Positions 36,616-44,378 of a stretch of 64,000 nucleotides of DNA are shown piece by piece. Position numbers and translations under genes: made by a program. This DNA comes from a virus. A model generated the notes under the pieces. That model had not been told where the DNA came from and ran no database searches. It was given only the letters and a program-made list of their open reading frames with translations. The stretch lies in IMG/VR virus record IMGVR_UViG_3300045988_137804, positions 1 through 64,000 of that record; one strand, 5' to 3'. Numbering within the stretch: position 1 is the first letter of the stretch; every line of letters starts with the position of its first letter.

Positions 36616-37365
36616 ATGGCGAATAAATTATTAGAATATAAAAATAGATTTCGTTTACGTGTACCTATTTGCGAATCAACTCATGATTTTTCACGTAAGC
36701 TAGATGGAAGTTTAGAAGATATTGATATCTATGTTGATTGTGCTTGTGATTGTAAAATTTTTCATTATGGTCATAAAATTTTTGAAGCATATATTCCATC
36801 TATACAAAGAGGACATAACATTTTAAAACAATTATATTATGAAAATATTAATCCAAATAATGTAAATGTTACTGAGAAAGAAATGGTAGCAAGAGGAACA
36901 AAAACAACAAAACTTTCTTACCATATCATCGACAATGATCTATATAAATCAGAATTAAAATCATCAGATTTTTTCCCATTTATTCAGGAATCAGATTCAG
37001 AAGTTATCTTTAGATTTCACGAAAAAGATTTTGAGAAAGTAATTAAATTATTAAAACCAAAAACTCTTGGTGCAGGTATTTCTCCATTCAGTACGAAGAA
37101 TTTACCTAAACGAAAGTATGAAATAAGTGATGACCAGTTAAGAGAATATAAGAGTATAAACGACTCTATTCCTCAGTCTGATAAATTAAAGCTCTCAAGA
37201 ATTACGAGCGATTTTATCAACAATATTATGTCGAAAAACAAACGATATAATATTGTTGATATGAAAAAATTAATGAGAAAAAAGATGCTAAATGGTAAAG
37301 AATTTATTCACGAAGAAGGTTTCTGGAATGAATATATTTCTTATTTAAAGAAGAGATTGTGGTGA
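36616..37365 (+). CDS. hypothetical protein
   Basis: 249-aa ORF with an RBS. No motif recognised. Confidence 0.55.
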   Translation: MANKLLEYKNRFRLRVPICESTHDFSRKLDGSLEDIDIYVDCACDCKIFHYGHKIFEAYIPSIQRGHNILKQLYYENINPNNVNVTEKEMVARGTKTTKLSYHIIDNDLYKSELKSSDFFPFIQESDSEVIFRFHEKDFEKVIKLLKPKTLGAGISPFSTKNLPKRKYEISDDQLREYKSINDSIPQSDKLKLSRITSDFINNIMSKNKRYNIVDMKKLMRKKMLNGKEFIHEEGFWNEYISYLKKRLW

Positions 37366-37371
37366 AGAAAA

Positions 37372-37719
37372 ATGAAACAATTAAAGTTGAGTAAAAAATG
37401 CAAGCATGAAGATTTAGTTGCGTATGGTTTCAGAAAACACGGACTGAATTATAAACTTTCAGTTCCATTATATACATATAAAAAGATTCCGGTTATTAGT
37501 GTAAGTTTTCTCGTTTCATGTCTTGATAATTATGTTGGTTATGATGTGATCGACAACAATTCTGACATGATTTACACAGCTTATTATGACACAAGTTTGT
37601 GCGGAGAGAATAAAGTATTAGAGAAAGTTAAACGAAAACTTGATGAAGTTTTTGAGGAAATGACTGAGAAAAATATTTTAAAAGGAGATAAAGAAGATGC
37701 AGAGAATTGCGAAATTTAG
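37372..37719 (+). CDS. hypothetical protein
   Basis: 115-aa ORF directly following the previous gene. Confidence 0.5.
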   Translation: MKQLKLSKKCKHEDLVAYGFRKHGLNYKLSVPLYTYKKIPVISVSFLVSCLDNYVGYDVIDNNSDMIYTAYYDTSLCGENKVLEKVKRKLDEVFEEMTEKNILKGDKEDAENCEI

Positions 37720-38203
37720 TAAAGTTAGTTTTGAACAGTTTAAAAAAGATTGGATTGATACATTTGGAGATGTAACAGAAGATAAGATTAAAGAGGTTTA
37801 TGATAACATTAAATTGCCAAAAAGAGCTACTGCAATGTCAGCAGGTCATGATATAAGCATTCCATTTGATACAAGTATTAAGAATGGCGAGGTTGTAAAA
37901 ATTCCTACCGGAATTCGATGCAAAATGGATGATGGATATGTAATGTTTGTGTTCCCCCGAAGTAGCATGGGAATTAAAAAAGGAATGGTAATTTGTAATA
38001 CTATTCCTGTAATTGATGGAGATTATTTTGGAGCAGATAACGAAGGTCATATCTTTATTTGTGTCACAAATACATACAAAAAATCAATAGAATTAAATTC
38101 TGGGGATAATATTGTACAGGCAGTTTTCACTAAATTTGGTGTAGCAGATGACGAAAAAATTACAGAAAAACGATTGGGAGGAGTTGGTAGCACTGGATTA
38201 TAA
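37697..38203 (+). CDS. dut: dUTP diphosphatase (trimeric dUTPase)
   Basis: Motifs SAGHDI, PRSSMGIKKG, IDGDYFG and RLGGVGSTG. Confidence 0.85.
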   Translation: MQRIAKFSKVSFEQFKKDWIDTFGDVTEDKIKEVYDNIKLPKRATAMSAGHDISIPFDTSIKNGEVVKIPTGIRCKMDDGYVMFVFPRSSMGIKKGMVICNTIPVIDGDYFGADNEGHIFICVTNTYKKSIELNSGDNIVQAVFTKFGVADDEKITEKRLGGVGSTGL

Positions 38204-38855
38204 ACCTATAGATTTTGACGAATCAAAAGAAGTATGGAAATTATGTGATGATTATCCTGGCAATTATATTAGTAATTATGGAAGAGTTAAAAGGGATTCT
38301 TATACATATCATTATAAAAATGGAAAAATAAAAAATTACAAGCCTATAATAAAAAAATTAACTGAAACTAGCAAAAGGAAAGGTACAATTCAAGGGTATT
38401 TATGTACTCGAATGATTGGTTCTGATGGAAATAGTAAATGTGAAATGGGTCATAGGCTTGTAGCAAAAGCTTTTATTCCTAACCCAAATAACCTACCTAC
38501 AGTAAATCATAAAAATGGCAATAAACATGATAACCGAGTAGAAAATTTAGAATGGACTTCTTATTCTGACAACAATCAACATGCATACGCAAATGGCTTA
38601 AAAGGCGATAATGTTATAATGCTACAAGTTGACCAAGATAATTATATCAAACAAATATATTTTTCTGAAGAATATGCAGCGTTATGTAATTGTTTATCTA
38701 CGAAAAACATTAGAAATAGTTCTGAGAAAAATACGTTAGATTATTATAATAATAAATGGATTAGATTTTATCCAAACAAATACAAAATTACAGTAGACGA
38801 CAACGCAACGGAAGTTCGCAATGGTGGTTTCGGATCTACAACAAAATCTAAATAA
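38148..38855 (+). mobile_element. HNH homing endonuclease (NUMOD4-like N-terminus plus HNH_3 core)
   Basis: WKLCDDYPGNYISNYGRVKR, then HRLVAKAFIPNP...VNHKNGNKHDNRVENLEW. The ATG overlaps the dut 3' end by 56 nt, so the start is uncertain. Confidence 0.8.
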
Positions 38856-38871
38856 ACACATGTAATAATTA

Positions 38872-38899
38872 TTGACAGGAATGCATAGTGTGGTAAAAT
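38872..38899 (+). promoter_or_regulatory. near-consensus sigma-A promoter (TTGACA, 16 nt, TGnTAAAAT)
   Basis: TTGACA at 38872-77, extended -10 TGGTAAAAT at 38891-99. The 10-bp inverted repeat AGGAATGCAT / ATGCATTCCT (38877-86 / 38911-20) straddles it. Confidence 0.65.
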
Positions 38900-38905
38900 G
38901 ATACT

Positions 38906-39240
38906 AACAAATGCATTCCTCTATGTCCCTATGCAATCCAAATTTGCATTTTTTCATCAAAATTGTGTAAATTATTTTTGCACTTTTGTCGAGCGTCAAA
39001 TAAACGAAATAGTTTACAAAATAGACATAGAAGGTAGTGTTTTTGGGAAAATCTAAGAAAATGGTTTTAGTACCCAATTTTTGCTCTATGTCGAGTTCGA
39101 AAAATGGCTTAAAATAAGGCTTTTTTGAGGGTCAAAATCCTAATGAAATACCAATTTCATTCGAACTCAAAATCCACATTAAAAAGTAAAAATAAAGGGT
39201 ACTAGACTTAGCAAATTGCTGGTTTAGTACCCTTTTATAA
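38906..39240 (+). ncRNA. putative ~330-nt structured leader or non-coding RNA (promoter to terminator)
   Basis: No credible ORF. Bounded by the promoter at 38872 and the terminator at 39194-39240. Several strong helices and repeated GGTTT(T)AGTACCC segments. Confidence 0.4.
39194..39240 (+). terminator. intrinsic terminator (long hairpin plus T-tract)
   Basis: AAAGGGTACTA (39194-204) pairs perfectly with TAGTACCCTTT (39225-35). The helix extends through most of the intervening 20 nt. Followed by TTTTAT. Confidence 0.6.
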
Positions 39241-39299
39241 AACGCAAAAATTATTTGCCCCAAAAGTGCAAAATTAGATTACACAATGACATAGAGAAT

Positions 39300-39442
39300 T
39301 TCCCAAAAACGATTTTTGGGAAGAAGATGAAAATGCCGATAAAGCCCGTGGTTGACACGTTTTCTCTTTCCCAAAAATTTTCCCAAAAATGAAGAAAAAG
39401 TTCCCAAAAACGATTTTTGGGGAAAATAGCCATTTTTGGGAA
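39300..39442. promoter_or_regulatory. array of TTCCCAAAAA sites including two 23-bp palindromes
   Basis: TTCCCAAAAA-CGA-TTTTTGGGAA at 39300-22 and 39401-23 (one mismatch). Half-sites at 39368, 39380 and 39433, plus 39040. They flank a TTGACA at 39352-57 upstream of the tns operon. Confidence 0.6.
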
Positions 39443-39518
39443 GCTTTATTCTTACACATGAATGCATTTGTTATTCATCAAAAACTGTATAAACATACAG
39501 ATGAAAGGAGCAAATGCT

Positions 39519-39863
39519 ATGCAGAAAAAGAATTACAAAGGTCGCTGCGAGAAATTAACAGTGCCAAAATCTAAGGATGTCTGCCATATCTATAATGACA
39601 TCCAAAAGTCTTATCTATTACAACTTCAGGACGATCCAAACATCAAAGAGATAAAATGTAATGTCCTTATGCTTGGATTGGAACTTGGAGAATTCACATC
39701 TGATTTTCAGTGTGTTACAGCAGACAACAATCTAATAGTGCGTGAATGTATCTCACGAGATGCTATCGCCAAACCAATGACAGCAAAACGATTAGATGCT
39801 TCAAGAGAGTATTGGTTTCGTCATGGCATAACAGATTGGGGGATTGTAACCGATGAAAAATAA
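39519..39863 (+). CDS. tnsA: short TnsA-like protein (endonuclease N-terminal-domain-like, 114 aa)
   Basis: AAAGGAG RBS. LQDDPNIKEI...GEFTSDFQCV...LIVRECIS...REYWFRHGITDWGIVTDE resembles the TnsA core (..YTPDF.V....EVK....E.yW...g..w.ivte). The expected E and K positions do not look conserved. Confidence 0.45.
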   Translation: MQKKNYKGRCEKLTVPKSKDVCHIYNDIQKSYLLQLQDDPNIKEIKCNVLMLGLELGEFTSDFQCVTADNNLIVRECISRDAIAKPMTAKRLDASREYWFRHGITDWGIVTDEK

Positions 39864-41661
39864 GAGTCTATTTTATAATCCAAAAACCAAAGAAATATTT
39901 CGTGTGTTAGACAGTAAAGGTTCAAAAGTTCTTATCATTAATTGCACAAAGAAACAGATGCCTTATTGGACAGAATTCGATTCAATTTCTTCCTGTCGTT
40001 TAATCACAGAAGATGAATTACAGGACATGACTGGCACACATTTTCAAGAACTAACTGTACCATCAAAAGAATACAGATATGTTCAAGAAAGGTTTTCACT
40101 GATTTCAAATATCATTCCTATCATCGGAAATAAAAGCAAGCGTACTCAGATGATACGAATCATATCTGAAACAAATAATTGCAGTAAACAAACAATCAAA
40201 AACATCTTGTGCCAGTATCTCATCTATCAAAATATTTCTGCATTAGCACCGCAAAAGAGCAATGAAAAAGAACTAACAACAGATGAGAAAAACATGCGTT
40301 GGGCATTAAATAAGTTCTTCTATACAAAGAATAAGAATTCATTATCAACCGCTTACGTCATGATGCTTAAAGAAAAATATACAGATGAATACAACAACTT
40401 ATTACCACACCCAACCATTCATCAGTTCCGTTATTTCTATCGCAAAACAAAAAAGATGGAAACGTATTATATCTCAAGAGATGGCATAAAAGATTACCAA
40501 AGAAATCACAGACCATTGCTAGGAGAAGGAATTAGAACAGTTGCAAATAGCATTGGAACAGCTATGTTGGATTATACAATCTGTGATATTTATCTCGTAA
40601 ACGATAAACAAGAATTAATTGGTCGTCCATTAATGACAGCTTGCATTGATGTCTACAGCGGATTGTGTTGTGGTTACTCATTAACATGGGAAGGTGGAAT
40701 GTACAGTTTGCGTTCTTTGATGTTAAATGTGGTCACTAATAAGAAAGAACATTGTAGAAAGTTTGGAATAAATATCGAAGAATCCGACTGGAATTGTCAT
40801 CAATTACCTGCAACATTAATCACAGATAAAGGTTCAGAATATGCGTCAGAAAACTTTGAACAACTTACAGATTTAGGAGTGTCTATTATAAATCTACCAG
40901 CCTATAGACCAGAGTTAAAAGGATCAGTTGAAAAGTTTTTTGATATGATTCAATCACTTTATAAGCCACAGTTACTAGGAAAAGGTGTCATAGAATCTGA
41001 TTTCCAGGAACGTGGCTCACATGATTATAGAAGAGATGCTTGTCTAACATTAGAACAATTTGAAAAAATAATTCTTCGTTGCATCATCTATTATAATACA
41101 CAGAGAATTATCAAAAATTCACCACTGATTGAACAAAATATTCCGCCACATTCTTGTGACATATGGAACTATTATTTGACCTATAATGATGACTTTTTGA
41201 TAAGAATATCGCCACAGAATCTACTTTTATGTTTGCTACCAAGAACGAAAGGAGTGTTTAAAAGAAATGGTTTAAACGTCAATAGTCTCCGCTATAAGCA
41301 TAAAACATACACCGAAATGTATCTTGTAGGAGGAGATGTAACAGTAGCCTACAATCCAGAAGATGTTTCTTACATTTGGCTCATTGAAGAAAATGGAACG
41401 TATGTAAAATTTGAATTAATCAATTCTCAGTTCTATGGAAAGGATTTATCATTTGTAGAAAAATATATGGAGTCATCTAAGAAGCTAATTGCAGAAAATA
41501 CCGATGATAATTTACGAGCAAAAGTTACGCTTTCAAAAGATATAGATTTTGTAATTTCTGAAAGTGTACGTTCTAATGTAAGCACAAAAAATATCCGCAA
41601 GAATCGTCAGAAAGAACAGGAACTTACTCATAGAGATTTCGTAAAGGAGTATGAATTATGA
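39853..41661 (+). CDS. tnsB: TnsB/MuA-family DDE transposase
   Basis: DDE candidates in MLDYTICDIYLV, LITDKGSEYAS and RPELKGSVEKFF. 602 aa. Overlaps tnsA-like by 11 nt. Confidence 0.8.
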   Translation: MKNKSLFYNPKTKEIFRVLDSKGSKVLIINCTKKQMPYWTEFDSISSCRLITEDELQDMTGTHFQELTVPSKEYRYVQERFSLISNIIPIIGNKSKRTQMIRIISETNNCSKQTIKNILCQYLIYQNISALAPQKSNEKELTTDEKNMRWALNKFFYTKNKNSLSTAYVMMLKEKYTDEYNNLLPHPTIHQFRYFYRKTKKMETYYISRDGIKDYQRNHRPLLGEGIRTVANSIGTAMLDYTICDIYLVNDKQELIGRPLMTACIDVYSGLCCGYSLTWEGGMYSLRSLMLNVVTNKKEHCRKFGINIEESDWNCHQLPATLITDKGSEYASENFEQLTDLGVSIINLPAYRPELKGSVEKFFDMIQSLYKPQLLGKGVIESDFQERGSHDYRRDACLTLEQFEKIILRCIIYYNTQRIIKNSPLIEQNIPPHSCDIWNYYLTYNDDFLIRISPQNLLLCLLPRTKGVFKRNGLNVNSLRYKHKTYTEMYLVGGDVTVAYNPEDVSYIWLIEENGTYVKFELINSQFYGKDLSFVEKYMESSKKLIAENTDDNLRAKVTLSKDIDFVISESVRSNVSTKNIRKNRQKEQELTHRDFVKEYEL

Positions 41662-42917
41662 TTAATATGAATAAAGTAATCAAAGAACTTCCTGATATGC
41701 TGTCCGGAAATGAACTTCAGAAAGCAATGTCTATTATTCCAAAATACGACAAACAGATTCAGGAAGATGGAAGTATGACCGAAAGACTTTTGAAATTATC
41801 TGACCTTTATAGCATTTATATTCCATCACAAATGTCTACTGAAATTTATAGCAAACTATATCTTGGAATCATTCGTTCTATGCAGAAAAAAGGAAACAAG
41901 TTAACTGTACAACAATTCAATTCAACTTATAGAACGATGCAGAATATTAAGAATAAAACTGGCAATCAGCAATATGATGGAATCATAGGTGGATCAGATT
42001 CATTTACAATTATTGGTGCAAGTGGGATAGGAAAATCATCAGCTATTTCTCGTGCATTGAATCTGATTGAAGCAAATCATGTAATAGAAATTGAACAGCC
42101 TTACACTAAAATACTTCCATGCTTAACAGTGCAATGTCCATTCGATTCTTCTGTAAAAGGATTATTACTTGAAATTCTTCGCAAAGTTGATGAGCAGTTA
42201 GGAACAGATTATGCACAAACAAAAAGGTTCACGACTGATATGCTTATAGGTGCTGTTAGTCAGGTGTGTTTAAATCATATTGGCTTGCTTGTTGTAGACG
42301 AAATACAGAACGTAGTTAATTCAAAGAACGGCAAGAACTTAATCGGATCATTGACGCAGCTAATCAACAATTCAGGCATTAGCATCTGCATGGTTGGAAC
42401 ACCAGATAGTGAAATATTCTTTGAACAGGCTATGCAATTAGCTCGTAGAAGTGTCGGATTAAAATACACAGCTTTGCCATACGATGAACATTTTTGCGAA
42501 GTATGTGAATGCTTATTTTCTTACCAATATGTAAAAAATATCACATATATAAATAGCACGACTATAGAATGGTTGTATCAACACAGTGCAGGAGTTATCT
42601 CTATTGTTGTATCATTAATTCATGATGCACAAGAGATTGCAATCTTAAATGGGAGAGAAGTATTAGATATTAAATCGTTAGACGAAGCATACAACAATAG
42701 ACTTTCTATGTTGCACGATTATATTAGACCTACTATGAGAAAGAAATCTATCGGCAATAATAAAATAAAGAAACAAAATATCATTACAACTTTGTCGATA
42801 AAAAATAGCGCAGATATTCAAACAGATTTAATACAAAGTCTTGCGAAAGAATGTAAGAAAGATGGAACAGATATTGTAGAAATACTGAGTCAACATATTA
42901 CAATTGAGGTGATTTAA
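41658..42917 (+). CDS. tnsC: TnsC/TniB-type AAA+ transposition ATPase
   Basis: Walker A IIGASGIGKSSAI, Walker B LLVVDEIQN. ATGA overlap with tnsB. Confidence 0.8.
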   Translation: MINMNKVIKELPDMLSGNELQKAMSIIPKYDKQIQEDGSMTERLLKLSDLYSIYIPSQMSTEIYSKLYLGIIRSMQKKGNKLTVQQFNSTYRTMQNIKNKTGNQQYDGIIGGSDSFTIIGASGIGKSSAISRALNLIEANHVIEIEQPYTKILPCLTVQCPFDSSVKGLLLEILRKVDEQLGTDYAQTKRFTTDMLIGAVSQVCLNHIGLLVVDEIQNVVNSKNGKNLIGSLTQLINNSGISICMVGTPDSEIFFEQAMQLARRSVGLKYTALPYDEHFCEVCECLFSYQYVKNITYINSTTIEWLYQHSAGVISIVVSLIHDAQEIAILNGREVLDIKSLDEAYNNRLSMLHDYIRPTMRKKSIGNNKIKKQNIITTLSIKNSADIQTDLIQSLAKECKKDGTDIVEILSQHITIEVI

Positions 42918-44318
42918 ATGATTGGATTTATGCCTAAATTATATCCAGATGAATTAGTGTATAGTTGGATTGCTAGGTATCATGTAAGAACTGGACATTA
43001 TAGTTATCAGCAAACAGCAAAACATCTACTAGATAAGAAAGCAAATATTGTCTCGAAAAAGTTTTTAAACGAATACTCAAATGAATTTTTTAACATCATC
43101 AAAAAGAATATTCCAATAAAAGAGTTAGTAATAAATCATAGTATGCTGTCAGCTTATATTAAATTTTTGCCAAAAGATAAGCGCAATAATCTAATAGAAT
43201 CCTATGAAAACAATTTAAGATATAAAGAGTCATCAATTGGATTTAAGACAAGAAGTAATGGTATTAGTATGCGATATTGTCCTATATGTGTAAAGGAAGA
43301 TCGAGAAAAATATGGAGAAACTTACTGGCACAGAGAACATCAATTTGTTGGAATTAATGTATGCACAAAGCATAAATGTTATCTTATAGATTCCAAAATG
43401 TCTGTAAAAAGTATTGATAAGTCTGAGTTTTATACCGCAGAATATGTCATAGAACAACATGATGATGTTAAGATTTCCAATAATGAGTATGAGATAAAGT
43501 TTGCCAAGTATTTTACAGAAGTCATAAATACAGAGTCAAATAATGACTCAAATATTGTGGAATATCTCAATACTATATTATTGAACTCAAAGTATAGAGC
43601 AAATGGATGTATGCTAAAAGATTTTAATAAATTGTACGATGATTATTCTGAATTATGCGAAAAGATTAATGTAAATATAATTTCTTCACAACCATCGTTA
43701 AGAGAGATATTAAAAAATAAACGCAGAACATTGGATATTTGTATCCTTGGAATGCTATTGAATATTTCGCCTTACGATCTCGTGAATAGAGTATTGCCAA
43801 ATACAAACAAAGAGGATATCAGAGAGCAAGTCATATTTTTAAGAGATGTAAAAAAGATGAGTTATAATCGTATTGCAAAAGAATTAAACGCAAGTAGAAG
43901 AGCAGTTGGTACAATATATCATAGTAAAAAAACTGAAAATGATTTAGATGTTCTTAAACTTCTTAAAGATGAACTGCCAAAATTCTATAATGGAGATTTA
44001 ACTAATGGAAGACCGCAAAAAATAACAGTATACACAGTTGAAAAACAATTTGATATTCCACAAAAAGTATTAATAAATAATAAATCCTATTATAACGAAA
44101 TAATCAAGTATGAAGAGTCTTATCCTGAATATTGGGCGAGAGAATTAGTATGGTCTTATAATAAACTAAAGGAAGATAAAGCATATATAAGTCAAAATAA
44201 AATAACCAAACAAATAAATATTCGTAAGGAGCAACCTGTAAAAGCTATACCATACATCTCTAAATATACAGACAAAGAAACTGCTGAAGCTATTAAATCA
44301 TTATTGCAAAAATCGTAA
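42918..44318 (+). CDS. tniQ: TniQ/TnsD-family target-selection protein with C-terminal HTH
   Basis: N-terminal LYPDELVYSWIARYHVRTGH, zinc module RYCPICVKED...HREHQFVGINVCTKHKCYL, and a later HTH-like MSYNRIAKELNASRRAVGTIY. Starts immediately after the tnsC stop. Confidence 0.8.
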   Translation: MIGFMPKLYPDELVYSWIARYHVRTGHYSYQQTAKHLLDKKANIVSKKFLNEYSNEFFNIIKKNIPIKELVINHSMLSAYIKFLPKDKRNNLIESYENNLRYKESSIGFKTRSNGISMRYCPICVKEDREKYGETYWHREHQFVGINVCTKHKCYLIDSKMSVKSIDKSEFYTAEYVIEQHDDVKISNNEYEIKFAKYFTEVINTESNNDSNIVEYLNTILLNSKYRANGCMLKDFNKLYDDYSELCEKINVNIISSQPSLREILKNKRRTLDICILGMLLNISPYDLVNRVLPNTNKEDIREQVIFLRDVKKMSYNRIAKELNASRRAVGTIYHSKKTENDLDVLKLLKDELPKFYNGDLTNGRPQKITVYTVEKQFDIPQKVLINNKSYYNEIIKYEESYPEYWARELVWSYNKLKEDKAYISQNKITKQINIRKEQPVKAIPYISKYTDKETAEAIKSLLQKS

Positions 44319-44324
44319 AAAAAT

Positions 44325-44360
44325 GGGGAATAGAAGAGTATTAAATCTCAACTATTCCCC
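44325..44360. terminator. hairpin terminator shared by convergent tniQ and the endolysin gene
   Basis: GGGGAATAG (44325-33) / CTATTCCCC (44352-60). The T-tract (ATTTTTTT) is on the minus-strand side, so it fits best as the endolysin terminator. Confidence 0.6.
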
Positions 44361-44378
44361 ATAATTAATTATAGAAAA

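Larger units (their letters stand above)
38856..44360 (+). mobile_element. Tn7-like transposition module (leader plus tnsA-like, tnsB, tnsC, tniQ); element boundaries not resolved
   Basis: Four overlapping co-directional genes with Tn7/Tn5053-family motifs, preceded by a repeat-dense non-coding leader. No terminal inverted repeats or target-site duplication could be identified. Confidence 0.7.

Noticed and set aside
39040-39442. Possible CRISPR array formed by the repeated TTCCCAAAAA(CGATTTTTGGG) units
   Set aside because: - The units are palindromic.
- Spacing is irregular (12-100 nt).
- There are no unique spacers of uniform length.
- The pattern fits protein-binding sites better than an array.
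39251-39574. Four 60-62-aa ORFs on both strands across the repeat region
   Set aside because: - They are generated by the repeats themselves (FPKNRFWE-type translations repeat).
- They overlap one another in different frames.
- They lack an RBS.
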